From assembly GCA_020137815.1 (NCBI GenBank), contig CM035352.1, positions 3,906,001 through 3,970,000 on the forward strand: 64,000 bases of DNA, given 5' to 3'. The notes under the pieces were generated by a model. That model was given only the letters and a program-made list of their open reading frames with translations. It did not search any database and had not been told where the DNA came from. Positions 53,285-64,000 of this stretch are shown here, piece by piece; the stretch's first letter is position 1, and each line of letters starts with the position of its first letter. The position numbers and the translations under genes were made by a program. The stretch is from Hormiphora californensis (taxonomy: Eukaryota > Animalia > Ctenophora).

Positions 53285-53304
53285 GGGGGGGGGAAGAGAG
53301 AGAA

Positions 53305-53377
<73 letters not shown>

Positions 53378-53388
53378 AAGAAAGAGAG
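53197..53388. repeat. (GA)n microsatellite
   Basis: Direct reading. Confidence 0.95.
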
Positions 53389-56300
53389 AAAAAGATCAAA
53401 AAGGTAAACATCTGGTAAACATCAGGTGGGGTACAACAGAAGTTGAACAATGATCAGACGAATGATAGTGAAAGTGACGTAAGAACCACAATATACCATC
53501 AAGGTGAGATTTGGTGTACGATTTTGAGTCATGGAATCTAGGTTGAACCAATTGCACATTTACTGACTTACTGTCAGAAAATTGGCCTGATAGCACATTT
53601 ATATAGTACATAACGTTCTGCACGCAGTGCAAGCGCGCCATATACGCTCTGCACTGCAGAGCGTATATGGAGGTGAAATGCACGACAGCGAAGCTGGAGT
53701 GCATTTCACACCTATATTGCACGAGTGAAACGAGTGCGATATAGCAGCGCTTGCACATGCCGTGCAGAACGTTATTGAGTATATATTCCGCGAGAAAACA
53801 CATGACAAGCAAAACAATCATAATTTTGGGTGATTACACACAGAGAGATATGACAAAACAAGGCACAAACTAAGCAAAAACACACAAAAAGATACTAAGA
53901 GACACTACTACACCGGTTACACACAAGGGAGACAAGGTCTGATAGTTTGAAACAGTCAAAAGAAGAGAGAGACAAAGAGAGAGATGCGAGAGAGGGAGAT
54001 TGGAATTCTTGGAAATAGCAAACAACAAAACGTGATAAGGGGATAATTAGTGAGAGAAAGATCAAAGAGGGAGAGTAAGTGTAATTTGACAGACTTTGTG
54101 TCGTGTAGTACCTTGTCAGTCATATTCTGTGTGTTTGTGTGTGAATAAGGTGTAAAAACACTTTTCTCACTTATATCCCGCTACCTCTATATCTGCACGC
54201 TCCCGCGGAAGCACAGTGCATATTTCAGCGTGCAAATGGTCGCGCACAGCGGGAGTGATATGTGCACTCGCGGTATATATAGAGCTATCAACCTGGTTGA
54301 TGGCTCCATAAATGTACGGTTAGGATTCGGTTGGGGTTAGACAATTTCAATTACCGCTTTGTCTGATCTTGTCTCCTTAGGAAGAATAGTCCTTTAGACT
54401 CAAAAAGCCTCATACGTATCATAATTTATGAAGCCTGAAGGATCGAGGATTGAGGCGGCGGGGAGAAAAGAAGGGCTGTGGAACTTTATGAGTCACTATA
54501 GTAGATCGACACTAATCATTGGACAGCTTGGGTGACGTATCATAATACATGTCGCCCTATAGGACCATGGCTATAGTGGCCGAACATTTTCTACCATCTC
54601 TCCAATCTCAGCATGGACAGACGGAGAGAGAGTGTGTGTGTGAGAGCGTGAGAGATAGAGGTATAGAGAAAGGGAGATTATAAGTGGTCTTTGTGACAGG
54701 TTTGTGTTATCATAGCGAGAGAGAGCTTGGATATGTACTTAAATAACGTCGCATACTATCTAATACTGCAGCTGCTGTACAAGATTTATAGGTCCTTGAG
54801 TTACTTACATCTGAATGTTTCTCAAACCCACACCTGTTACTTGAGTTAGTACGAAAATTTAGTGAAAAACGCCCTGTCGCCCTAGAACGCACACTCCAAA
54901 GATAGTATAGCAGGAGCATACATAATCATTGATACACATTGTATCTCTAAGCAAAGGTAACAGCTCTCATGGGCCACGTGTGCAGGAGCTGTCACGTGTT
55001 TACCTTTTTGTGAAGTATATCCGGGACAGTTGATCGATGGATGTCGGGTTCCCAGAATCCAGTGTCTCTCCGGTTGCTATAGCAACCTCTGTAACGAGGT
55101 GGTCCCGTGACAGATCATACACGTGCATTTCTAACTTGAGTTCCTGATCCACGTCCTGAAGAGAGGTGGGATAGGAAGACAGAGTTGTAAGACACGTGAA
55201 TTTGAACAGAGAGAGGGAGAGGGAGATGTAGACGAAGAGAAAAAGACAGAGAGAGGCAGCAATAAGTATGTATAGTATGACTTTATATTAAGTCTGTGAC
55301 GAAGGTACTTAGTTAAATTTAATAGCCACGTGTGATAGTAGCACTGCACCTGCTCCATGAGGCTGGCTAAGGTTTCATATAAATCATTTAAAAATGATGA
55401 AAACAGTAGCCAGCCTCATGGAGCAGGTGGTAAAAAATCTCTACTATTATTTGAAAATGAACGTCGTCGAAGTCGCCATTCGTTCAGTGCGTTGTTAGGA
55501 GAACGTGCTCCTTCATCGATCCAGACAATTTTGTGACCAATGCTGTTGTAAAGCTGTTATTCACACTTTTTGGAGCTTTTGATTATTTTTGGACACATTT
55601 TAGCGATTCAGTCTTCATGGTTACTGAAACATTTGCCATAGCAACAGTAAAATTGCTGTCAGATGTGGAAATAATATATAAGAGGGTCACCCCGCGGAGC
55701 CGGGTGGGTTGTCAAAACCCCTTATATGAGGCGCACCCGGTGGGTGGGCTAGTTTTATATAAAAACAAGAAGTTCTAGTTGTCTATAGTTGTCTATATAA
55801 TTGGTGTAGTAATATTGGTATCTCTTTTTCCCTCTCGATGTGTTCTTGTGGTTTTCTATCCCTGGATTTTACAGCTGCCACATGACTACCACAATGTACT
55901 ACCACAGTAATTCCTCTTCCTCTCTCCCGCTGTATCTTTTCCTTAGAATTTGGTGGACCTAAAATGTCTCATGCCTCATGGTAATTAGTGTAACTGTATA
56001 TTTCCCATATCTTTAATTGGCTTTTGCGAGTGAAATTACTGTCGTTTCCCCTCTTCTTCTTTCGTTCTCCCTTTGTCTCCCTCTCTCTATATCTCTCTAC
56101 CTCCGTCTATCTATCGCTTCCTGTTCTGAGTATAACTTAATTTAAACAGCGCCATTCAACTGTATACTCAGTTCTGTAGCTCAGTTTTATTGGTGGTTGT
56201 AGTTACCATGCAGCTCAGCCTCGATTTGATTGGCACTTCCATTATATTATCCTGCTGTATTTCTGGTTTTTACTTTCTCTCTCAGGACTTTCAAACTCGT

Positions 56301-56851
56301 ACACTAAACTTTTCCCTCGACGTCTCTCATATAATGTTCGGTAAATTTGTGCAATTATACAATTACACTACCACAACCGATAATTTTAATTCAACAGCAC
56401 CTGTTTTTCTTCTTTTTTTTCTTTCTAAAACAACACGTGTATTTTCCTTTCTTTTGCCGTTTTCTGTCCCAGCAGCTATAATTTAACCGAGCTCTGCCGT
56501 ACTTTGCTAGCATTATATATTCGATACTATATTGTACCTCGCAATTGTCTACTGAGTGCTAGACTACACGGCTGTCTTTGTATGTAACGATACATATCAA
56601 TAGTTTGTTAGTACCGTCAGACCCCGATTTACCGGGATGCTCGGGGGAAGGCGTTTTGCCCGGTAAATCGGGGTGCCCGGTATATCTGGGTGATATACCG
56701 TCAATTTCTTATATCGGGGAAATTTATCTCCCGGTAAATCGGGGTTCCTGTAAATCGGGGACCGGTAAATAGGGGTTCGGCCGTATGTCTTGGTAATCTT
56801 ACATAATGTTTCACTTCTAACATCTCTCTCTTAAACGCAGCTAGTTGAGAC

Positions 56852-57943
56852 ATGGACTGTTCCGCGATAGTCGAGGATTTCAGATCTGGTCATTTTAACC
56901 AAACCAACCTCACCCTAACCACCCAATTGGAATGCACCACTGAATTCTATGACAACACCCATGATCTAGCCTGGAGAATTGTCATGGCAACCATTTTGTT
57001 GCTAGGCAACCTGTTAGGCATGATCGGTAATGCCATCGTTATTCTCGCATCCAGCAAGTATGACGGTCTCAATGTTGACCGGGTGACGGTCCATTTCATC
57101 CAACACCTAGCCATTGCGGACATCATCTTCATAACCCTGTACCCCGTTCCAATGTCCGTCACCCACCTAGCCCGGGGGTGGGTGTTCGGGGAGACGATGT
57201 GCTGGATAATCGGCCTCGCTGTCACCATCCCAGGATCTGCTAACATGTATTTCATCCTGGCGGTCTCCCTCCACCGGTACATGAGGTGTGTCCGACCTCA
57301 CAATGTTCTCTCCCTAACCGTGTCCCGGGTGAAGGTCCTCATCGGGGCCATCTGGTGTGCATCCTGTGTCTTCATCTGCTACTCATTAGCCATGGGGGTC
57401 AGGGTGGACATGGTGCCCGACCTGGCGACGTGTAGCTGGAGTTTCCAAGATACCCACCGGTCCATCCATCTGGGTATTTGGTGTGCCCTCATTGCCCTGC
57501 CCTGCCTCCTCATCGTTATCATCAATCTCTCCCTGTGGGTCTATGTTGAGAAGTACCTGAAGACAGGCCCAGACAGAGAAATCACATACTGCCATGGTGA
57601 CTACATTTGCCATTGTGGCCCTGTTCATCCTGACCTGGACCCCCACATGTTATCAGGTTTATATTCGCCTGTTGGCCACCAGTCACCCAGTCTAATCCCA
57701 TCCCTCCCTTGGGGAGAGAAGATGCGGCTACTGTACGTGTTTGGAAGCTGGGGTAACCCTGTCATGTACACGGCGTTCAACAAACGCTTCCGGGCATTCC
57801 TCGTGCAGAAAGCTAAGAAGTTCCTGTCGGGAGGGTACAAGGGTACGAGAACTAGGACCCTGAGGGCAAGTCAGAGGTGCAGCAGGGTGAGTGTGCCCAA
57901 TCCACCCTCTCCTATCCTGGCCAACATGGCCCCCTCGTCCTAG
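56852..57943 (+). CDS. Rhodopsin-like (class A) GPCR with TM6 displaced by internal frameshifts
   Basis: GN, LAIAD, WVFGETMC, SLHRY and GNPVMY are in the main frame. TM6 (AMVTTFAIVALFILTWTP) is encoded in the +1 frame from 57591. Confidence 0.88.
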   Translation: MDCSAIVEDFRSGHFNQTNLTLTTQLECTTEFYDNTHDLAWRIVMATILLLGNLLGMIGNAIVILASSKYDGLNVDRVTVHFIQHLAIADIIFITLYPVPMSVTHLARGWVFGETMCWIIGLAVTIPGSANMYFILAVSLHRYMRCVRPHNVLSLTVSRVKVLIGAIWCASCVFICYSLAMGVRVDMVPDLATCSWSFQDTHRSIHLGIWCALIALPCLLIVIINLSLWVYVEKYLKTGPDREITYCHGDYICHCGPVHPDLDPHMLSGLYSPVGHQSPSLIPSLPWGEKMRLLYVFGSWGNPVMYTAFNKRFRAFLVQKAKKFLSGGYKGTRTRTLRASQRCSRVSVPNPPSPILANMAPSS

Positions 57944-59209
57944 TGACATAATTGAACAAACAGAGGATGTTGGTGAAGAAGAAGTAATGAGTAAAAATGA
58001 AAATGTGTAATTAGTTTATTTGTCAGTTTCAAAGATGTTAGTGTTGTTATTCCACTTACCTCCGTCAGGGTAGGAAGGCGGTGGACCCTGGGTCCTAGCG
58101 CGTGAAGTGCTGTCAACTGGACGTGAAGACCTTTCAGGTCCCTTTCTCCCACGTACACCAATTTCTCGTCTAACATTCCGCAGTCTGGGGGTTATAACTA
58201 TAATCTTCTGGAGAACGGGAAATTGTCTAAAAAAGTTTCGAAACGTATATATTAGCGACGGTAAACTAAACGAAATAATACCCATGTTTTACTTCTCCGA
58301 AAGTCACTGCGCTGGCAAGCGCAAAGGTGACCACCACCTCCCCCCAGCCGCGCGTGCCAGAAAGCAGTAATAAGTTTTTTCAGTTTTTAGCCAAAAATGG
58401 CATTTTGCGACGCCCATAGCGAGGCCCCCACTGCACCAATCGGTCTGAAATTTGGTATACAGTGTCACGTAGACTAGATCTACTGGAGTTTAAAAGGGCA
58501 AGTCTCTATCTCTTTTAGTTTTAGAGTTATGACATGGTGAAAAAAGCAATAAATGTCCGTGTCTATATATATACATACATACATACATACATATAGACGC
58601 TTTTTTACACAATTTGCAGACAATTTTCTGGAAAAACTACATAAGATAGACACTTCTCGTTTGTTGCATTCGAAAGATAATCGTTTGAATTGTGTTATTG
58701 GAGGGTTTTCATGTTCTATGTCTTACCAGAACGTCCTTAAAAACTGTCATAAAGTTAAGATATTTTTCAAATCGACCAAATTTCTTTGAGCTGAATTTAC
58801 ACCCTGAAGACGGCTTCTGATTGAAAAATGGAGACCACACTTATGAAAGATAATCGTCTAAACTTTCAGAAACTATATCGCGAATTTGTGAAACTCTATT
58901 TCCAAGGGTCTCAAATCGCGTCAGAAGTTTTAAGACTGTATGAAAATAGATATGACGATAGGGCGTTTTTCGCCATAGCGACCTCAAATCTTGTCCAATC
59001 GATCTCAAACTTGGTCAGCATCTTTATCTAGATGAGCCTGATAATAATTTTTCACTAGCAAGACGTTATAACGTCGTGACGTCACACTATGACGTCAAAA
59101 TGACGTCAAAATTTAAATTTTCGTATTTTAGCGATTTCTGACGGTCTTTACAAGTTCTGCTACGTCTTACATCGTATTTCACATCAGAAAATACCAAAAA
59201 TAGACCTAA

Positions 59210-59322
59210 ATTATGCCAAAAACTAACAGAGATTAGTTGGCTGGAAAGGTGACCACTTTTATTGTCAAACTTACACCTTTGCCCGGCCCGGGTTACGGAA
59301 ATAGAGGGAAAGGGAGAGAGAA

Positions 59323-59385
<63 letters not shown>

Positions 59386-59503
59386 AATCAAAGTGAGAGG
59401 GAAATATAATGATGAAAAAACCCGGAGAGGGCAAAGGTGTAAGTTTGACAATAAAAGTGGTCACCTTTCCAGCCAACTAATCTCTGTTAGTTTTTGGCAT
59501 AAT
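59210..59503. repeat. Inverted repeats of about 75 bp enclosing a (GA)n tract (MITE-like)
   Basis: ATTATGCCAAAAACTAACAGAGATTAG...TTTGCCC and its exact reverse complement. Confidence 0.85.
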
Positions 59504-60109
59504 AATAATTTAATGGAGCGTTTAGTTTCTCACCCATCCCCTTTCCCCCTTTCGTTCTCTCTAACTCTTTAAAAGATGCTTTCTAAGTTCCTACCGTTTA
59601 TACCTCCCGTTACTCTGGGTTTTCATTTGTTATACCTACCGTTATAAAGATCACAACTAACAGAGCTATGTCCGTGCTCCATGCTATACCAGGACAGGAG
59701 TTACCCCCAGAAATCTGAGATTTCTAATATATAAACCCTGCACACGTGCTAAAACAATCATCCGGGTGGATGCCTTCGGTAGTTCGGCATCCACCCGACC
59801 AGGGGAAAAATCACTATTGAACAGCACTTACACGGTTGCATCTTGGATGTAGGAAGGGAGGCGAACGCTCGGAAACTCTCGACATCAAGGATACACACCC
59901 GAGAGGGTGTCAAACATGCAACTGCGGGGGGTTAGGGATCGGTACAGGATATTATACCAAAACTAATTGAAATTTGGATCTCAAACATGCCACTGGGGGG
60001 TTAGTATTCTGTGTAGGATACCGGGTTTATAGGGATCGGTAGACATAATATTTCATTTCAGGGTAGTAGTTAGAAAGGGGGACGGAGTAGGTTCACAAGG
60101 TGGTGGGAC

Positions 60110-63100
60110 TACCTAGGAAGAGGGTCGGGATCAGTATACCTGCAATGTTGGAGAAAGAAGGGACGTGTAGAAGTTGGGAAGGCTGGAAGGAATTGCAACT
60201 GGAAATGTGCTGAATGGACGCACAACTTCCCTCAACTCCACCACTCAAAACAGACACTCGGCCATCCTGTCAAAAATATATATCGAATTCAGGGGAATTA
60301 TTATACCAGGGGGATTATTAATAGGTGTAGTATCCGATCCTAGTTTCTACACCTGTTCTTACCGCTGCTGTAACCCTGTATAAAAGATGGACTGATCGTG
60401 TCATGAACCTACTTGCCTTGCTCGACGTCCTGTTCCCTCGCGCCCCACCCATTTTACATTTATGTAAAGGAGGGTTAGAACTAGGAACCGACCGAACCAA
60501 GTAAGCAACCAATCAGAGCTCGTTATTTAGGCCACGTGACTGGTTATCAGCCAATCAGGGACCAGTACTTCCTGATTCGGTCGGTTCCTGGTTAGAACAT
60601 GAACGTACCTCACAAGAAGCAAGGACTCTGCTTCCAATGAACCTCAGTTTGGTGACCGGGGACCGGGAAGTCAGGGTAGTTTGGAGGGTAATACCGTCAC
60701 TCAGTCTGATCACGGATACCAGCCCAGTCTCTAAACCCACCGCCATAACACCTCCCTTACCCTCAATGCAGGTGATCGGAGAGGAGAACATGAAGGAATC
60801 CAGGGGTGTCTCCAAATCTGGTGGGAGAGAGAGAGTTGTTGAAGAGATAGAGACACAGGAATAGATCACGTTCCACTAACAGTGCTCTATCGGGAAGAGA
60901 TAGAGATATAGAAGGAGGGAGGGAGATTGAGAGGGAGATCGAGAGTGAGCGAGTAATAGTAAGCAAGATCGTACTAGATAGAGATAGAGAAAAAGTTGTT
61001 CAGTGTGCGGAAAAGATTACAATAGTAACTTGATGAGGTCGCATCGCAGCAGCTGGCAGTGGCCCAATTTTTACTGAAATTGGATCTATAGCAAGTTTTC
61101 TGCATCACAACCAACTAGCTAAACCTAAATATCCGGTTACTTTCTTTCTTGATTGAGCTGTATTGTTATACAGGCAAGACTCATCTTTGAAGACAGCTAT
61201 TTCATTTGAAAATCTTATTAGACCAGATAGCGATATAAGTTTAGTTTTCTCCTTCCGGCTGTACAAAATGAGTAGACGGGGTTTTATTGTTGTTCTTCTA
61301 CAATAAAACCCCATCTACTCATTTCGTACAGCCGGAAGGAGAAAACTAAACTTCCTCATAGATAATGATATACCTATTTTGTTGAGAGCATTATACACGT
61401 ACGTCGTACATGATAGATGATTGATCGTGACAACTACGATATGAATACTTTGCTACAAAGTTGTGGCCCACAATGTCACTTTGGACTCGATTTTGTCAAA
61501 AACATTACTTAGCAGGAGCTGATACAGTCGGACCCCGATTTAGGGACCCCCGATTTAGGGACACCCCGATTTAGGGACAGGATTTTTTTCCCCCAAAAAT
61601 TTTTTGAATTTTTTTGGGAAATTTTTTGTGAAATTTTTCAAAAAGATTCCAGCAATGTCCGAATCGTGTTTCGAATCGGTGCATCTTATCGCATGTCCTT
61701 CTGCTAATTAGACGGTTCGGAACGAACCGATACGTGATCCCCATGGTGCCCATCGAATCACAAGTTCACCAAGGTCCAAGCGTCAAAATTTCGATTCGAT
61801 GGGGATCACGTATCGGTTCGTTCCGAACCGTCTAATTAGCAGAAGGACATGCGATAAGATGCACCGATTCGAAACACGATTCGGACGTGGCTGGTATACC
61901 TTTAAAAAAAATTATAACTTTTTTTGCAAAATTTTACAGTACGATTGTCAATGCTTTGATCGGTGCTCCCCATAAATTTTGAGAGAAAAAGTTATTTTCA
62001 AATTTTTATACTTCCTCACCCGCTTAGGGTGCCCCGATTCGGTATGGTATCACGTATCGGTTCGTTTTGAACCCGCTAATTAGACAGGATATCCAGTAAG
62101 TTGCACCGATTCGAAATACAAACCGGACGGGCTGGTATAACTTAGAAAATTTTTCACATTTTTTTGAAAAAGAATTATTTTATATTTTTCTTTTTTCTAA
62201 TCAGAAATGATCATGTCATCAATACATGAATATTGCATATGACAGTTAGAGGTGTCTTTAGTCTTAATAATATAGCATTTTGGGCAATAAAATAGGTTTT
62301 TTGGGTCAAATATGGCTCACCCCGATTTAGTGGACACCCCGATTTAGTGGACAAGACCCTTTCCCCCGAGGGTGTCCCTAAATCGGGGTCCGACTGTATT
62401 TGGTAAAGTCTTTGTACGTGCAGTGTCCTAATATTATTATGCTTTATTAAGTGGTCCATTTCTTTGAGATAAGGGGCCAACTCGCCGCCAGATCTAAAAT
62501 ATTTTCAAGTTGAGCAACAGTTACTAGAATTCTCGTCTCCCCCCGTTGCTTGCGGTGCAATAAACTTAATAATTTCATTTCTGTGTGCATAATAAATTGT
62601 TATTCCGTTACTGCAGCACCTCCCTTGTGAAAGCGTGCATATAATAATATTTTAAATATAATATTTTAAATATTATATTTTAAATATTATATTTTAAATA
62701 TTGCCATTTTAAAGGTGGAGCATATTAGAGAACATAACTAAGTTGAAGTCTCAATTTCATAAAGCATCCCAAGATATTGCGACACGAAAATATTTCTGGA
62801 ACGACTTCATAAAGGAAAGGCTTTTATTTCTACGGGACGTAAAGAATCCTTCTCTTGACAAGTAGGTAAGTTATGGATCCATGGAATGAGACCCCGTCAG
62901 CCGTGTATTACTTGCCTTGTTCGACCTGCGCTCTCTCCACCCCCCCCCCCCCTGCAATATATAGGAGGATTTAGAACATGTATTACCGTTAGAGGTAAGT
63001 GAGTGAAGGGTAGCGGTAGGGTGCTCAGACCACCAGACAAGTACCTGACCATCTTCTGTAAACAATACACTTCCTATCTTTTCACTGAAAATACATAACA

Positions 63101-63686
63101 CATTAGTACTTGTTATTATAGACGGCAGAATCTGAATTTAGATTGGATTCAAATTAAAGGTAGCCGGAGCATTAGCAGGGGTAGACGGATTCTAGGGAGG
63201 AATAAATGTCGTAGTATAATGACATAGTGTGAATTCGTGCACTGACAAATCACCGGCCACCGGGTACCAGACTGGTACTACCAGTGGGCACTCTGGGCAC
63301 AGTGGGCACAAACACTTAACACACTAAAAGTTACCTTTTGTCGGCATTGTCCCAGTCGATTCCACGATACTTTGGAAGTTTCTCCAGTAGCTCCCTTCGA
63401 CTGTCAAAATACTGTTTAGACAGGATATGATGACTTCCCAGGCCCAGAGGCACAGGGTTATTGATAGTGCCCATAATGGGGTTAAGGGCCTCGTACACGT
63501 TGTTTTTACCACACGGGGTAACCGGAGAGGGACCATGGATCCGTCCCTTGACCTCTGGTTTGTTGAACGTTACCCCTCCCTCTGGGTTGCCCTGGAGACG
63601 GGCTGTAGATGACTCTTCCAGGGGCTCTGACCAAGACCCAATCGGGAGGGTATAGAACACCAGAGAGCAGGCATCTGTCTGATCTG
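60110..63686 (-). CDS. Partial multi-exon gene with a WD40/beta-propeller-like C-terminus
   Basis: Exon-like segments at about 63686-63335, 63085-62930, 60818-60609 (FSSPITCIEGKGGVMAVGLETGLVSVIRL..SPVTKLRFIGSRVLASCE) and 60268-60110 (DGRVSVL...stop). The full structure was not resolved. Confidence 0.55.
60482..60590. mobile_element. 109-bp hAT-like MITE
   Basis: TIR TAGGAACCGACCGAA / TTCGGTCGGTTCCTG with 8-bp TSD GTTAGAAC; same TIR family as 33425-34754. Confidence 0.88.
61237..61353. repeat. Hairpin with arms of about 52 bp
   Basis: AAGTTTAGTTTTCTCCTTCCGGCTGTAC... / ...GTACAGCCGGAAGGAGAAAACTAAACTT. Confidence 0.85.
61525..62396. mobile_element. Long copy of the CAGTCGGACCCCGATTTA MITE family (TA TSD) with an internal palindrome
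   Basis: TA-CAGTCGGACCCCGATTTAGGGAC ... GTCCCTAAATCGGGGTCCGACTG-TA; internal inverted repeat at about 61655-61890. Confidence 0.88.
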
Positions 63687-64000
63687 CAGGAATAAAAGTG
63701 TTAATCAAGGTTTATCCGTTATCGGTTATTATTCTTTGTTCAGCCCGTCACTTCACTTCTCGAAATATTATGCGGTTCATGACTCACATGGTGTTTGTTG
63801 TGCGCGGCGGACGCGCGGCCTTTATGTCAGACACGATGCTAAAAAAGTACACACAAGAGGGGCGCGGGGCTGAGGAGCGGGTAGAAATCATCGGAAAAAG
63901 TGTGACCGATCCAGATTTGCCTTGCATGTTAGCAAAAAACGTCCGAAAAGTACCCCCTAAATTTTACAACAACAAGATTAATTGCATTATGTTCTAACAT

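Overview
Eukaryotic, intron-rich animal DNA with many (GA)n microsatellites and MITEs. The repeat families and GPCR style suggest a ctenophore such as Pleurobrachia; this is an inference and was not verified. The main feature is a hand-assembled 23-exon gene on the + strand (10561-32307, about 1150 aa) encoding a voltage-gated calcium channel alpha2/delta (CACNA2D)-like subunit. It contains two nested genes. Intron 9 holds a same-strand, intronless, secreted pro-peptide (13666-14277) with eight acidic-spacer/A[IL]FY[AE]-KR repeats and its own GC/CCAAT/TATA elements and polyA signal. Intron 16 holds an antisense rhodopsin-class GPCR ORF (17999-19003). Together these form a candidate peptide ligand + receptor + channel-subunit locus. 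Other genes are the 3' part of a sulfotransferase-like gene (-), a frameshifted MATE transporter, a second GPCR with internal frameshifts and part of a WD40-like gene (-). There is also a tRNA-like sequence, a 3.7-kb foldback element carrying an insertion with a minimal hammerhead ribozyme motif, and many non-autonomous DNA transposons with readable TSDs. Some stretches, especially 52.1-53.1 kb, look like low-quality assembly.
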